A stretch of 64,000 bases of DNA, taken from Planctomycetota bacterium (GTDB lineage: Bacteria; Planctomycetota; B15-G4). Below the pieces are notes generated by a model, which saw only the letters and a list, made by a program, of their open reading frames with translations, did not search any database and was not told the DNA's origin. The translations under genes were made by a program, and so were the position numbers. Location: assembly GCA_038212275.1 (NCBI GenBank), contig JBBQUR010000021.1, positions 1 through 64,000 of the forward strand. Direction: 5' to 3'. This document shows, in pieces, positions 29,752 through 41,325 of this stretch; positions within the stretch are counted from its first letter, which is position 1; the number at the start of each line of letters is the position of its first letter.

Positions 29752-31179
29752 ATGAGCGCGACGCGCGAGCAGGATCTCCTTGCCGAACTGGTGACTCTGC
29801 TCGGCGCGGACGCCGTCCTGCCGGACGCAGCCGCGAGGCTTGTCTACGCGCACGACGGCTCGACGCTGCACCCCGCGACGCCACTCGCCGTCGTCTTCCC
29901 GACGAGCACGGCGCAGGTTGCGGCCGTCGTGAAGGCGGCCGCCGCGCGCGGTGTGCCCTTCGTCGCGCGCGGCGCGGGCACCGGCCTCTCCGGCGGCGCG
30001 ATGGCCTCGCGCGGCGGTCTCGTCGTTTCGCTGCAGCGCATGACGGCCGTGCTCGCGGTGGACGCGCCCAACCGCCGCGCGATCGTGCAGCCGGGTGTCG
30101 CCAACCTGGCCATCTCGCGTGCCGTGGCCGCGCATGGCCTCTACTACGCACCCGATCCGAGCAGCCAGGCCGTGTGCACCATCGGCGGCAACGTCGCGCA
30201 CAACAGCGGCGGCCCGCACACGCTGAAGGCCGGCGTCACGGTAAACCATGTGCTCGGCGTGGAACTCGTGCTGCCCGACGGGCGCCTCGTGCGCCTGTCG
30301 TCGCAAGGAGCGGGGCCCGATCTGCTCGCGCTCCTCGTCGGCAGCGAAGGCACGCTGGGCATCGTGACCGAAGTCACGGTGCGCCTGATGCGGCGCCCCG
30401 CCGGGGTCGTCACGCTGCTGGCCGCGTTCCCGCGGGTCGAGCAGGCCAGCCGCACGGTGAGCGCGATCATCGCGAGCGGCATCGTGCCCTCCGCGCTGGA
30501 ATTGCTCGACCGCACGGTGCTCGCGGCGCTGCAGGCCGCTTTCGGTTTCAGCTTTCCCGACGGCGCGGGCGCGCTGCTGCTCATCGAGGCCGACGGCCCG
30601 CTCGCCGGACTGGACGAGGAGTCCGCCGCGCTCGTCGCGTGCTGTCGCGAACACGGCGCGCTGTCGGTGGCCATCGCCCGCGACGCCGCGGAGCGCGACC
30701 AGCTCTGGAAGGCGCGCAAGCGAGCCTTCGGCGCGCTCGGGCGCATCGCACGCAACTACTGCACGCAGGATGGCGTCATCCCGCGCACGGCGCTGCCCGC
30801 CGTGCTCGCGCGCATCGAGGCCATCGCCGCGCACCACGGCCTGCGCGTGGCCAACGTCTTCCACGCCGGCGACGGCAACCTCCACCCGTGCCTGCTCTTC
30901 GACGATCGGGACAGCCGCGAGCGCGCTGCCGTCCGTGCCGCCGGCGAGGAGATCCTGCAGGTGTGCCTCGACGTCGGTGGCAGCCTCTCGGGCGAGCACG
31001 GCATCGGCATGGAGAAGCGACAGGCCATGGCACGGCAGTTCGCGCCCGCGGACCTCGCGTTCATGGCGGCGCTCAAAGGCGCCTTCGACCCCGCAGGTCT
31101 TTGCAATCCGGACAAGATTCTGCCCACGGGCGGAAGCTGCCTGGAAGTTCCGCCGCGCCACCGCCAGATTCCCGCCTGA
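29752..31179 (+). CDS. glcD: FAD-linked oxidase, glycolate oxidase subunit GlcD-like
   Basis: RGAGTGLSGG, PDPSS, TIGGNVA.NSGG, GSEGTLG, HAGDGNLH, GEHGIG.EK. Confidence 0.9.
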   Translation: MSATREQDLLAELVTLLGADAVLPDAAARLVYAHDGSTLHPATPLAVVFPTSTAQVAAVVKAAAARGVPFVARGAGTGLSGGAMASRGGLVVSLQRMTAVLAVDAPNRRAIVQPGVANLAISRAVAAHGLYYAPDPSSQAVCTIGGNVAHNSGGPHTLKAGVTVNHVLGVELVLPDGRLVRLSSQGAGPDLLALLVGSEGTLGIVTEVTVRLMRRPAGVVTLLAAFPRVEQASRTVSAIIASGIVPSALELLDRTVLAALQAAFGFSFPDGAGALLLIEADGPLAGLDEESAALVACCREHGALSVAIARDAAERDQLWKARKRAFGALGRIARNYCTQDGVIPRTALPAVLARIEAIAAHHGLRVANVFHAGDGNLHPCLLFDDRDSRERAAVRAAGEEILQVCLDVGGSLSGEHGIGMEKRQAMARQFAPADLAFMAALKGAFDPAGLCNPDKILPTGGSCLEVPPRHRQIPA

Positions 31180-31206
31180 CGGCTTGCGCGCTGCCGCGCG
31201 GCTAAC

Positions 31207-31860
31207 ATGGCGGCCATGCCCGGCTGCTTCGCACTGCTCATCGCTCTCGGCCTGCCCGTCTTCGACGTGTGGCTGCTCTTCCGCATCGGAGACGATCTCG
31301 GCGGCCTGCGCACGCTGGGCCTCGTGCTGCTGACGACCTTCCTCGGCTTGTCGCTCGCGCGGGGCCAGCGCGTCGTCGCCATGCAGGCCATGCAGGTGCA
31401 GATCGCCGCCGGTCGCATGCCCACCGCCGCGCTGGCCGACGGCCCCATGCTCATGCTGGCCTCGGTCCTCTTCGCGCTGCCGGGCTTCATCACGGATGGA
31501 CTCGCCCTGGCTCTGCTCGTGCCCCCCGTGCGGCGTGCGCTCTTCGCGCTCGTCGCGCGGCGCATGCTGGCGGCCGCGCGCGAGGGCCGCGTCAACGTGC
31601 GCACCTTCGGCGGCGCGTTCACCGCCTTCGGTGCCGGCAGGCCGGGCGCGGGTGGCGCAGGCGGCGCGGGTGGCGCAGGCGGCGCGGGCGGCGCAGGCGG
31701 CGCGGGCGGTGCGGGCGGGACCGACGACGGCACGATGCCTGCCTCGGGCGAATTCTTCGGCCCGCCTCCGGGTCCAGCCGGCAGCTATGAGGCCTCGCGG
31801 GAGATCAAGGAACTCCCCCCGGACAGCTACCGCGTCCGCGGCCAGGACGAAGAGCCCTGA
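31207..31860 (+). CDS. fxsA: FxsA family membrane protein with Gly/Ala-rich tail
   Basis: P..D.WLL..IG...G.L.TL.L..LT..LG, DG, PGFITD..AL.LL.P..R. Confidence 0.85.
   Translation: MAAMPGCFALLIALGLPVFDVWLLFRIGDDLGGLRTLGLVLLTTFLGLSLARGQRVVAMQAMQVQIAAGRMPTAALADGPMLMLASVLFALPGFITDGLALALLVPPVRRALFALVARRMLAAAREGRVNVRTFGGAFTAFGAGRPGAGGAGGAGGAGGAGGAGGAGGAGGTDDGTMPASGEFFGPPPGPAGSYEASREIKELPPDSYRVRGQDEEP
31645..31716. repeat. 9/18-nt in-frame tandem repeat encoding (GAG)n
   Basis: GGCGCGGGTGGCGCAGGC units. Confidence 0.85.
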
Positions 31861-31901
31861 GCGGCCAGCCGGACACGCCCCGCGCAGCGCTCGCTGCGCT
31901 C

Positions 31902-33166
31902 ATGGCAGGGGCGCCCTGCGTGCGGCCCGCCACGCCGCAGGATGTTGCAGCCGTGCTCCGCGAGGCGCGCGATCAGGGCCGGCGCGTGCGCACGCTCGGT
32001 GCAGGAACCCGCGCGTCGATGCGCCCGCCGCTGCCGACCGACACGCTGCTGCTCGTCACCACGGCGCTGTCTGCCGTCGTCGCGCATGAGCCGGGCGACC
32101 AGACGATCACCGTGCAGGCGGGACTGCCGCTCGCGTCCCTCGATGCGTGGCTCGCGCGGCACGGGCAGTGGTTGCCGGTGTGCGGTCACGCGGGAGCAGG
32201 CACCGTGGGTGGACTGCTGGCGAGCGCGGCCGACGGCGCGTGCGACTTTGCCTTCGGCCGCACGCGCGAACGCGTGCTCGGCGGAGCCGTCGCGCGGACT
32301 GACGGCAGCGTGGCGAACGGCCGCGGGCGCGTCGTGAAGAACGTCGCCGGCTACGACAGCCCGCGCCTGCTGTGCGGCGCCCACGACAGTCTCGGCGTGC
32401 TCGTCGAAGCCACATTCAAGCTCGAGCCGCGCCCCGCCGTCCGCGCTGCGTGCCGCGCACGCTTCGTGACGCCGGAGCGCGCCTTCATCGCCGCCCGCGC
32501 GCTGCTCGACAGCGGCCTGCAGCCCGCCTTCGCGGACCTCCTCGCCTCCACGTCGACCGACGACGCCGCACAACTCTTCGTCGGCTTCTGCGGGCGGGCC
32601 CCTTCAGTGCGAGGACAACTGCAAGCATGCCGCGCGCTGCTCGCGCCGCACGCGCCGACTGACGTGGACGAGTTGTCGGAGTCGGAGTTCGATGCACTGC
32701 TCGCGCGCCTCGACGAGCCAATGAGCTGCCTCCGCGCCCTCGCGGCGCCCGCAGGCCGTCACCCCGAGGTCCGCCCCGGACACGAAGCACGCGAGGCGCG
32801 CGCCGTGCTGCGCCTCGCCGTCCTGCCCGAGGCGCTGCCGGCACTCTGCCACGAGGCGCTCGCACTGGCCGGCCGCTTCGGCGTCGAGGCGGCGCTTGAT
32901 GCGCGGCCAGGCCTCGGCTTGCTCTTCGCTGCGCTGGATGGCGAGGCGCGCCGCGTCGCGGAGGCCGTGGCGCAGCTCCTGCAGCTCGGTCGGCGCGAAG
33001 GCGGCGAGGCGCGCGCGCTCGGCGTGACGTCCGCCGCCCGCGCCCTGCTTTCAGAGGCCGACCTCCGGGGCCCGCCGCCGCCGGAACTCTTCCTGCTCGA
33101 GCGCGTGAAGGCTGCGTGCGATCCGTCGGGCGTGCTCGGCGCGGTCTGGCCCGCGGGCAGCGACTG

Positions 33167-33167
<1 letters not shown>
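31902..33167 (+). CDS. glcE: FAD-binding oxidoreductase, GlcE-like
   Basis: HEPGDQTITVQAG, TVGG, GRVVKNVAGYD..RL..G...LGV. Confidence 0.85.
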
Positions 33168-34544
<1,377 letters not shown>

Positions 34545-34552
<8 letters not shown>

Positions 34553-35720
34553 ACTCCGCGCCCGCAGCACGACTGCCCTGCTGCTGACTCTCGTGCTGTG
34601 CGTCGGCGCCCGCGCGCAGGACGGCACGACGACGACCGCCACGCGCGCCGACAAGGACATCGACGCGGCGGTCGCGACGGGCGTGAGCCAGCTGCTCGCG
34701 ATGCAGGAAGGCGAGCCAGCTGCGCAATGGCCCTACGAAGGCGTGTACCGCGAAGACGGCGAGATCCCCCCGGGCTACCGCGTGGGCGGCACGTCGCTGT
34801 GCGCGCTCGCGCTGCTGGAAGCGCCGGGCTGGGACGCCGACGAGCCGCGCCGCACGGCCGTCGAGCGCGCGGCGCGGTCCGTGATCGAGGCGCTGGCCGG
34901 CCCGGCATTCGGCACCGACATCGACGCCAGCTACGACGTGCGCGGCTGGGGCTGGGAGTGCGCGCTGCAATTCCTCGTGCGCCTGCAGACCCAGGGCCGC
35001 GTTCCCGCCCTCCTGCGCCCGAAGCTGGAAGCCACGGTGCGCACCTGCATCGCCGACATCCAGGCGACGGAGCTGCCGCGGGCCGGCGGCTGGAACTACG
35101 CGCGCAGCGGCGGCTGGCAGCAACCCGGTCCCGCCGCGCCGTTCATGACCGCGCCGACACTCCAGGCGCTGTTCGCCGCAGCGGCGGCCGGCTATGCCAC
35201 CGACGCCGACGTGATCCGGCGCGGGCTGGACACGCTGGAAGCGGCACGCACTCCCCTCGGCAGCGTGGTGTATGGCGGCGTGGCGCGCGCCGAGCAGCCG
35301 TCGCTGCTGCCCGGCGCCGTGGGCCGCATGCTCGTGACCGAGACCACGCTCGCGGTCGCGGGGCGCGGCAGCATCGAGCGTGTGCGCGCCGCGCTCGACG
35401 CCTTCCTCGCACACCACGCCTGGCTCGAGCTGCGCCGCGGCCAGAAGGGCACGCACGTCGCGCCCTGGGGCATCGCGCCGTACTACGTGATGTATGCACA
35501 CGAAGCAGCCTCGCGCGCCATCGAACTGCTGCCGGCGGCCGACCGCGGCGACTATCGCAACCGACTGCGTGCGCTGCTGCTCGACACGCGTGGCGAGGAC
35601 GGCCGCTGGAACGACCGCGTCTTCCCGCGCACCGCCAACTACGGCACCGCCATGGCCGTCCTGGCGCTCGTCGCACCCGAGCGCGGCGCGCCCGTCGCGT
35701 GGAGCGCGCCTCCGCCCTGA
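34545..35720 (+). CDS. Exported hypothetical protein, prenyltransferase/squalene-cyclase-like helical repeats
   Basis: Signal peptide; G...LL..Q....W, GGWNY, DGRW...YGTAMA patterns. Confidence 0.6.
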
Positions 35721-35726
35721 GGTCGC

Positions 35727-36689
35727 TCAGCCCGCGCTGACCGCGACCGCGGCGCCCGCCTCGAGGCGTGCAAAGGCCTCGGCCGGCACGTCCACGTCGG
35801 CGGCCTTCAGATTCTCCTGCAGCTGGGCGGTGGACGTCGCGCCGACGAGCGCGCTCGCGACCTCCGGGCGTCGCAGCACCCAGGCCAGCGCGAGCTGCGC
35901 CGACGTGAGGCCGCAATCCCGCGCCACGGAGGCGAGGTGCGCAGCTCGCATGAGATTGTCGGGGTTCAGCAGCGGCAGGAGGAATTTGTTGTTGCGGTCG
36001 TCGGCCGCGCGCGAGCCCCTGGGCACGACGCCCCCGGCGTATTTGCCCGTGAGCAGGCCCTGCGCCAGCGGACTCCACACGATCTGGCTCATGCCCAGCG
36101 ACCAGCTCGTGGCCATGATGTCGGCCTCGATGCCGCGCTCGAGCAGGCTGTACTGCGGCTGGTTGGTCACGGGCCGGAAGCCGCCCCAGTGCTCGGCGCG
36201 TTCGCACGCCGCGCGGATCTGCGGCGAGGTCCACACGGAGACGCCCCAGTAGATCACCTTGCCCTGGCGGATGAGGTCTTCCATGGCGCGCGCCGTCTCG
36301 TCCACCGGCGTGTCGGGATCGAAGCGGTGGCACTGGTAGAGGTCGATGTAGTCGGTGCCGAGGCGCTTCAGCGACGCGTGGCAGGACTCCATGACGTGCT
36401 TGCGCGACAGGCCCTTGTCGTTGACGTTGTCCGACATCGGCCAGAAGAGTTTCGTGGCGAGCACGAGGTCCTGGCGGCGCAGCGGAGCCAGCGCGCGGCC
36501 CAGCGCGAGTTCGGCCTCGCCGCGGTTGTAGATGTCTGCGGTGTCGAAAAAGTTGATGCCGGCATCGAAGGCCTGCCGCACGAGGGCGTCCGTCGTGCGC
36601 TGCTCCACGGAGCCGCCCAGCGTGAGCCAGCTGCCGAGCGCGAGAGTGGAGACCTTGCAGCCCGAAGTGCCGAGATTGCGGTAGCGCAT
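35727..36689 (-). CDS. Aldo/keto reductase (Kv-beta-like)
   Basis: GINFFDTADIY, LATK, SLKRLGTDYIDLYQCH, WSPLAQGLLTGKY. Confidence 0.95.
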   Translation of the reverse strand: MRYRNLGTSGCKVSTLALGSWLTLGGSVEQRTTDALVRQAFDAGINFFDTADIYNRGEAELALGRALAPLRRQDLVLATKLFWPMSDNVNDKGLSRKHVMESCHASLKRLGTDYIDLYQCHRFDPDTPVDETARAMEDLIRQGKVIYWGVSVWTSPQIRAACERAEHWGGFRPVTNQPQYSLLERGIEADIMATSWSLGMSQIVWSPLAQGLLTGKYAGGVVPRGSRAADDRNNKFLLPLLNPDNLMRAAHLASVARDCGLTSAQLALAWVLRRPEVASALVGATSTAQLQENLKAADVDVPAEAFARLEAGAAVAVSAG

Positions 36690-36779
36690 GAGGCGAGTCC
36701 TGATGGAATGGAAGTGCCAGCCTAGCGCAGCGGCACCGCGGGGCGCGAGCGTGCAGCGCTCAGGCGGCGGCGATCGAGT

Positions 36780-38222
36780 TCACGGGTCGTCGTTCGGGAG
36801 CCTTCCGAGCGCGGCCTCCAGCAGAGTGCGCGCGGAGGCTGCGGCGCCCTCGGCATCGAGCAGGGCGAGGCGCGCGTCCACCTCGTCGCGGCGGGCGACG
36901 GCCAGGTCGCCGTACTCGGCCTCGCCTGCCTGGAAGAGCCGCTCCGTGCGCTCTCGCAGCGCACGCCGACGATCGGCCAGCGCGCGCGCGTGCTCGCTGA
37001 GGTAGTCCTGCGCCGACTGACTGCGATCCAGCGCGACGCACACCTGCCGCGCCACCTCCTGCGCCGTCGCGCGCAGCACCGCGGCCGCCGCGAGCAGCGA
37101 TGCCTGCTCGGCCTGCTCCGCGGCCGCACCGGCATCGAACAGCGGCAGCTCCACGTCGAGGCCCGCCACTCCGAGCAACTGACCGTCCAGCGTGCGCGGA
37201 CCGGCGCCGATCGTCGGCAGGAACTGCACTCGTTCGGCCGCGAGGGACAGCCTTTCGCGCTCGGCGTCGTAGCGCGCCCGCGCAGCGGCCAGCTCGGGGC
37301 GCGCGGCGGCCGCAGCGGCCAGGAGTTCCGCGAGCGGGGCTGCGTCGCTCACCGTCACGTCGGTCTCGAGCGGGTCGGCCAGCACGAGCGACAACGGCCG
37401 CTCGAAGCCCAGCGCAAAGGTGAATTCCAGCTCGAGCGCGCGTGCGTCCGCGCGGGCCGCCGCGACATCGGCCAGGCTCTGGACGGCCTCGGCCTCCGCG
37501 CGTTCCAGGTCGAATCGCGGCGCGACACCGCTGTCCACGAATCGGTCGACGTCATGCCGCTGTCGCCCGGCGATCTCGGCCAGCTCCGCCTGCAACGCCA
37601 CGCGCGCGCGCGCGACGAGCAACTCGTCGTAGGCGAGGCAGACCTCGGCGGCGAGGCGCTGGCGCTCGGCGAGGCAGTCCGCTTCCTCGGCGTCCAGATC
37701 CGACCGGGCGGCCGCGGCACGTCGCTTGCGTGCGGCGACATCGGCCAGTGACATCGCCAGGCTGAGCGTCGTCTGCACCTTGCTGCCGGAGGCCGCGTCA
37801 TTGAGACCGAAGTCCTCCCAGCCCAGCGACAGTGTCGGATTGGGCAGCAGGGACGCCTGATCGAGGCGTGCGCGCGCACCAAGCCGCCGCGCCTCCCAGG
37901 CAGCCGCCGTCGGCGCGCTGGTGGTCGCCAGGGTGATGCACTGCGCGCGCGTGAGCGGCTCCCGCGCCAGCTCCTCCGTCCACGCCGCCGGAAGCGTCGG
38001 CTCGACGATGGTGGCCTCGCAGCCTGCCAGCACGGACATCACCGCCATGAGGCTCAGCAACGCCCATCGGTGGTGTCTGAGCCGCGCTGAGCTCCGGCCT
38101 ACGCTTTGGCCTGCGCCCCGGTCTGCGCTCCGGTCTGCGCTCCGGCCTACGCCCCGGTCTGCGCTCCGGGATGCGCTCCGCCGAGCGAACCCGCGTCGCT
38201 GGTCATCCTGATCAGGAGGCAT
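36780..38222 (-). CDS. TolC/OEP family outer-membrane efflux lipoprotein
   Basis: LAGC lipobox; PNP.L, RPEL, LPLFD motifs; last gene of the RND operon. Confidence 0.85.
   Translation of the reverse strand: MPPDQDDQRRGFARRSASRSADRGVGRSADRSADRGAGQSVGRSSARLRHHRWALLSLMAVMSVLAGCEATIVEPTLPAAWTEELAREPLTRAQCITLATTSAPTAAAWEARRLGARARLDQASLLPNPTLSLGWEDFGLNDAASGSKVQTTLSLAMSLADVAARKRRAAAARSDLDAEEADCLAERQRLAAEVCLAYDELLVARARVALQAELAEIAGRQRHDVDRFVDSGVAPRFDLERAEAEAVQSLADVAAARADARALELEFTFALGFERPLSLVLADPLETDVTVSDAAPLAELLAAAAAARPELAAARARYDAERERLSLAAERVQFLPTIGAGPRTLDGQLLGVAGLDVELPLFDAGAAAEQAEQASLLAAAAVLRATAQEVARQVCVALDRSQSAQDYLSEHARALADRRRALRERTERLFQAGEAEYGDLAVARRDEVDARLALLDAEGAAASARTLLEAALGRLPNDDP
38082..38180. 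repeat. 12-nt imperfect in-frame repeats (CCGGTCTGCGCT) in the TolC N-terminal extension
   Basis: Encodes RSAD/RSAS repeats. Confidence 0.75.
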
Positions 38223-41200
38223 CGGCTGGCTCCGGAAGCAGATGGCCGCGCGCGAGCGTGGCGCAGCCGAGCGGCACGACGAGAAGCGTGAAGGCCGTGG
38301 AGACGGCCAGGCCCCCGATGACCGCGATGGCGAGCGGCCGCTGCAGTTCCGCACCGGCGCCGACACCCAGCGCGAGCGGCAGCAGGCCTGCGATCGCGGC
38401 GCAGGTCGTCATGAGGATCGGCCGCAGGCGCACCCGTGCCCCGGCCAGGATCGCTTCGATCTCGGACAGGCCTTCACTGCGGAACTGCTGGCAGGACTCG
38501 ATCATGATGATGCCGTTCTTCACGACGAGGCCGACGAGCATGATGAGTCCCATGCCCGAGCTGATGTTCAGCGCCACGCCGCAGAGCTGCAGCGCCCAGA
38601 GGCCCCCGAGCTGGCCGAAGGGCAGGGCGAGGAACATCACCGCAGGCAGGCGCAGCGATCGGAACTGCAGGACGAGCAGCAGAAAGACGAGTCCTCCGCC
38701 CAGCGCGAACACGAGCAGCAGATTGGCGAAGGCCGCCCGGCTGCTCTGCGCCTGCCCGCCGAACTCCACGCGCACCGAGGCATCGCGCGGCAGCGCCGCC
38801 ACCGCGCGTTCCACCGCGCGGCTTGCGGACCCGAGGTCGCGGCCGGAGACGCCCGCCGTGACGCGCACCAGCGGCGTCTGGTTCTCGCGCTCCAGCTCGT
38901 TCTCGCCGAGCGTGCGCGAGAAGCCCGCCAGTGCCGACAGCGGCACGAGCGACGCCTCGGCGCCGGGGAGCCCCGGCTGGAGCAGGACGCTCGGGCCGTC
39001 GCCCTCGACGCTGCCATCGACACGCCAGCGGTCCGGGTAGCGCACGCGGACGTCCACGAAGCGATCGCCCTCGCGGATGCTCGTGGCGACCTCGCCGAGG
39101 AACTGCGCGCTGGTCTGCGCCGCGATGTCCTGCACGGTGAGGCCGGCGCGCGCGGCGGCCAGCGGGTCGGGGTGCCAGGTCAACTCGGGGCTGCCGAAGG
39201 AGACGTGATTTTTCACGTCCACGATGCCGGGAAGCGCGTCGAGCGTGCGCTCGACGTCGTCGGCGGCCCGCTGCAGCACGGCGTAGTCCGCACCGAGCAG
39301 CTTGACCTCGATCGGTGTCGGGTTGCCCGCGAGGTCCGCGATCGTGTCCTGCATGACCTGGATGAATTCGACCTCGGCCTGAGGCACTTCCCGCGCGAGG
39401 CGCAGCCGCAGGTCGTCCATCACGTCGAACACGCTGCGCTCGCGCTCGGTCAGCGGTCGAAGTCCCACGAGCATGTCGCCCGTGAACTGCTCGGTGGCGA
39501 AGAAGCCCAGCTCCGCGCCGGTGCGCCTCGAGAGCGAGGTCACTTCCGGCGTGTCGAGCAGGACGGCCTCGATGCGCCGGCACGCGGCGTCGGTCTGCGC
39601 AAGACTCGATCCCACGGGCAGCGCGTAGTCGAGCACGAAGCCGCCCTCGTCCATCTCGGGCAGAAAGCCCGTGCGGATGCTGCCAAGGCCGGCGGCGCCG
39701 ACCAGCACCGCGACGAGCAGCGCGAGTCCGGCCAGCCACGGGTGCAGCAGGCAGCGCCTGGCGAGTCCCGCATGGCGATCCTGCAACGCCGTCATCCAGC
39801 GCCTCACGGGCACGCCGCGCTTCGGCGCAAGGGCCGGCGCCAGCAGCATGAGCGGCGTGTAGACGAGCGAGACGATCATGGAGGCCATGATCGAGATGCC
39901 GAGCGCGAGGCTGAGGCTCTGGAAGAACTGCCCGACGACTCCCTCCAGGAAGACCAGCGGAAGGAACACGACCACCGTGGTGAGCGACGAACCGACGATG
40001 GCGCCCAGCACCTCGCCCGTGCCCTCGCTCACGGCGCGGAAGCGCGCGTCGCGGGTCGCGTCGACGCCCAGCGCCTGCGCCCGACGCGCCACGTTTTCCA
40101 CCACGACGATGGCGTCGTCGATGATGAGTCCGATGGCCACCGCGAGCCCGCCGAGGCTCATGAGGTTGAGCGACTCGCCCACGACGGGAAAGAGCGCGAT
40201 GGTGAGCAGCACGGACATCGGGATGGCGAGTCCCGCCACGAGCGTGATGCGCCAGCTGCCGAGGAAGAGCGCGATGACCACCACCGAGAGCAGCGCGCCG
40301 AGCGCGATGGCATCGCGCACGCCGTCAATGGAATCGTTCACGAGCTGCGCCTGATCGTAGACCGGCACGATGACCCCGCCGCCCGGCACGAGCGGCGTGA
40401 TCTCGGCGAGGATCGAGTCCACGTCGCGCGACAGGTCCGTGACCTTGCCCCCGTCGCGCAGGAACACCGAGACCACCACGCCGTCGTGTCCGCCGCCCGT
40501 GACGACGACCGTGCGCTCCGCCACCGTCTCCACGAGCCGACCGAGGTCCGCGAGGCGCACGGGATCGCGGCCGTCGCGCGGCACCGCGAGGTCGAGCACC
40601 TGCTCCGGAGACGTGAGCTGTCCATCCACGAGGAGCTGGTATTGCAGCCCTTCCGTCTCCGAACGCCCCACCGCCGCGACGACGTTTCCTGCGGCCAGCG
40701 CGTCACTCACGGCAAGCAGCCCCACCCCAGCCTGCGCGAGCGCGATCGGGTCGGCCTCGAAGACGAACTCGCGCCGGTCGCCGCTCTGCACCGTGACCTG
40801 GAAGGTGTCGGGCAGGCGCGCGAGGCGCGGCTTGAGGTCCGCCTCCACCCACTCCGCGAGGCGCGCGCGTGCGACCGGATCACTTGCGGCGGCCGGCCCT
40901 GGCAGCACGTTGAAGGAGAGCACCGGGAAGACGGCGGGCGTCTGCCGTTCGATGGTCACCTGGGCATCGGGAGGCAGGCCGGCGGAGCCGACGCGCGCGC
41001 GCACCAGCGACAAGGTCTCGCGCATGTCGGCGGCGGGCCGGAAGTCCAGTGAGAACTCGCTCGCCCCGCGCAGCGTGCGGCTGCGCACGCGCAACAGGTC
41101 GGGCACGGCGGCGACGGCCTGTTCGACCGGCCGCGTGACGGCGACCAGCATGCCGCGCACCGGCTGCTCGCCGCGCTCGACGATGACCGCGATGCGTGGA

Positions 41201-41325
41201 AACGCGACGCGCGGGTAGATGCTGCGCGCGGAACTGCCGACCGCCGCCGCGCCTGCCGCGAGCATCAGCCCCAGCAGCACGAAGAGCGCGCGCCTGTGCC
41301 GGTGAACGTGGCCGACGAAGTTCAC
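38212..41325 (-). CDS. RND efflux permease (AcrB/CusA-like)
   Basis: 1037 aa; NLMSLGGLAVAIGLIIDDAIVVVEN, GFLPEMDEG, RLRPILMTT, QRPLAIAVIGG. Confidence 0.95.
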   Translation of the reverse strand: MNFVGHVHRHRRALFVLLGLMLAAGAAAVGSSARSIYPRVAFPRIAVIVERGEQPVRGMLVAVTRPVEQAVAAVPDLLRVRSRTLRGASEFSLDFRPAADMRETLSLVRARVGSAGLPPDAQVTIERQTPAVFPVLSFNVLPGPAAASDPVARARLAEWVEADLKPRLARLPDTFQVTVQSGDRREFVFEADPIALAQAGVGLLAVSDALAAGNVVAAVGRSETEGLQYQLLVDGQLTSPEQVLDLAVPRDGRDPVRLADLGRLVETVAERTVVVTGGGHDGVVVSVFLRDGGKVTDLSRDVDSILAEITPLVPGGGVIVPVYDQAQLVNDSIDGVRDAIALGALLSVVVIALFLGSWRITLVAGLAIPMSVLLTIALFPVVGESLNLMSLGGLAVAIGLIIDDAIVVVENVARRAQALGVDATRDARFRAVSEGTGEVLGAIVGSSLTTVVVFLPLVFLEGVVGQFFQSLSLALGISIMASMIVSLVYTPLMLLAPALAPKRGVPVRRWMTALQDRHAGLARRCLLHPWLAGLALLVAVLVGAAGLGSIRTGFLPEMDEGGFVLDYALPVGSSLAQTDAACRRIEAVLLDTPEVTSLSRRTGAELGFFATEQFTGDMLVGLRPLTERERSVFDVMDDLRLRLAREVPQAEVEFIQVMQDTIADLAGNPTPIEVKLLGADYAVLQRAADDVERTLDALPGIVDVKNHVSFGSPELTWHPDPLAAARAGLTVQDIAAQTSAQFLGEVATSIREGDRFVDVRVRYPDRWRVDGSVEGDGPSVLLQPGLPGAEASLVPLSALAGFSRTLGENELERENQTPLVRVTAGVSGRDLGSASRAVERAVAALPRDASVRVEFGGQAQSSRAAFANLLLVFALGGGLVFLLLVLQFRSLRLPAVMFLALPFGQLGGLWALQLCGVALNISSGMGLIMLVGLVVKNGIIMIESCQQFRSEGLSEIEAILAGARVRLRPILMTTCAAIAGLLPLALGVGAGAELQRPLAIAVIGGLAVSTAFTLLVVPLGCATLARGHLLPEPADAS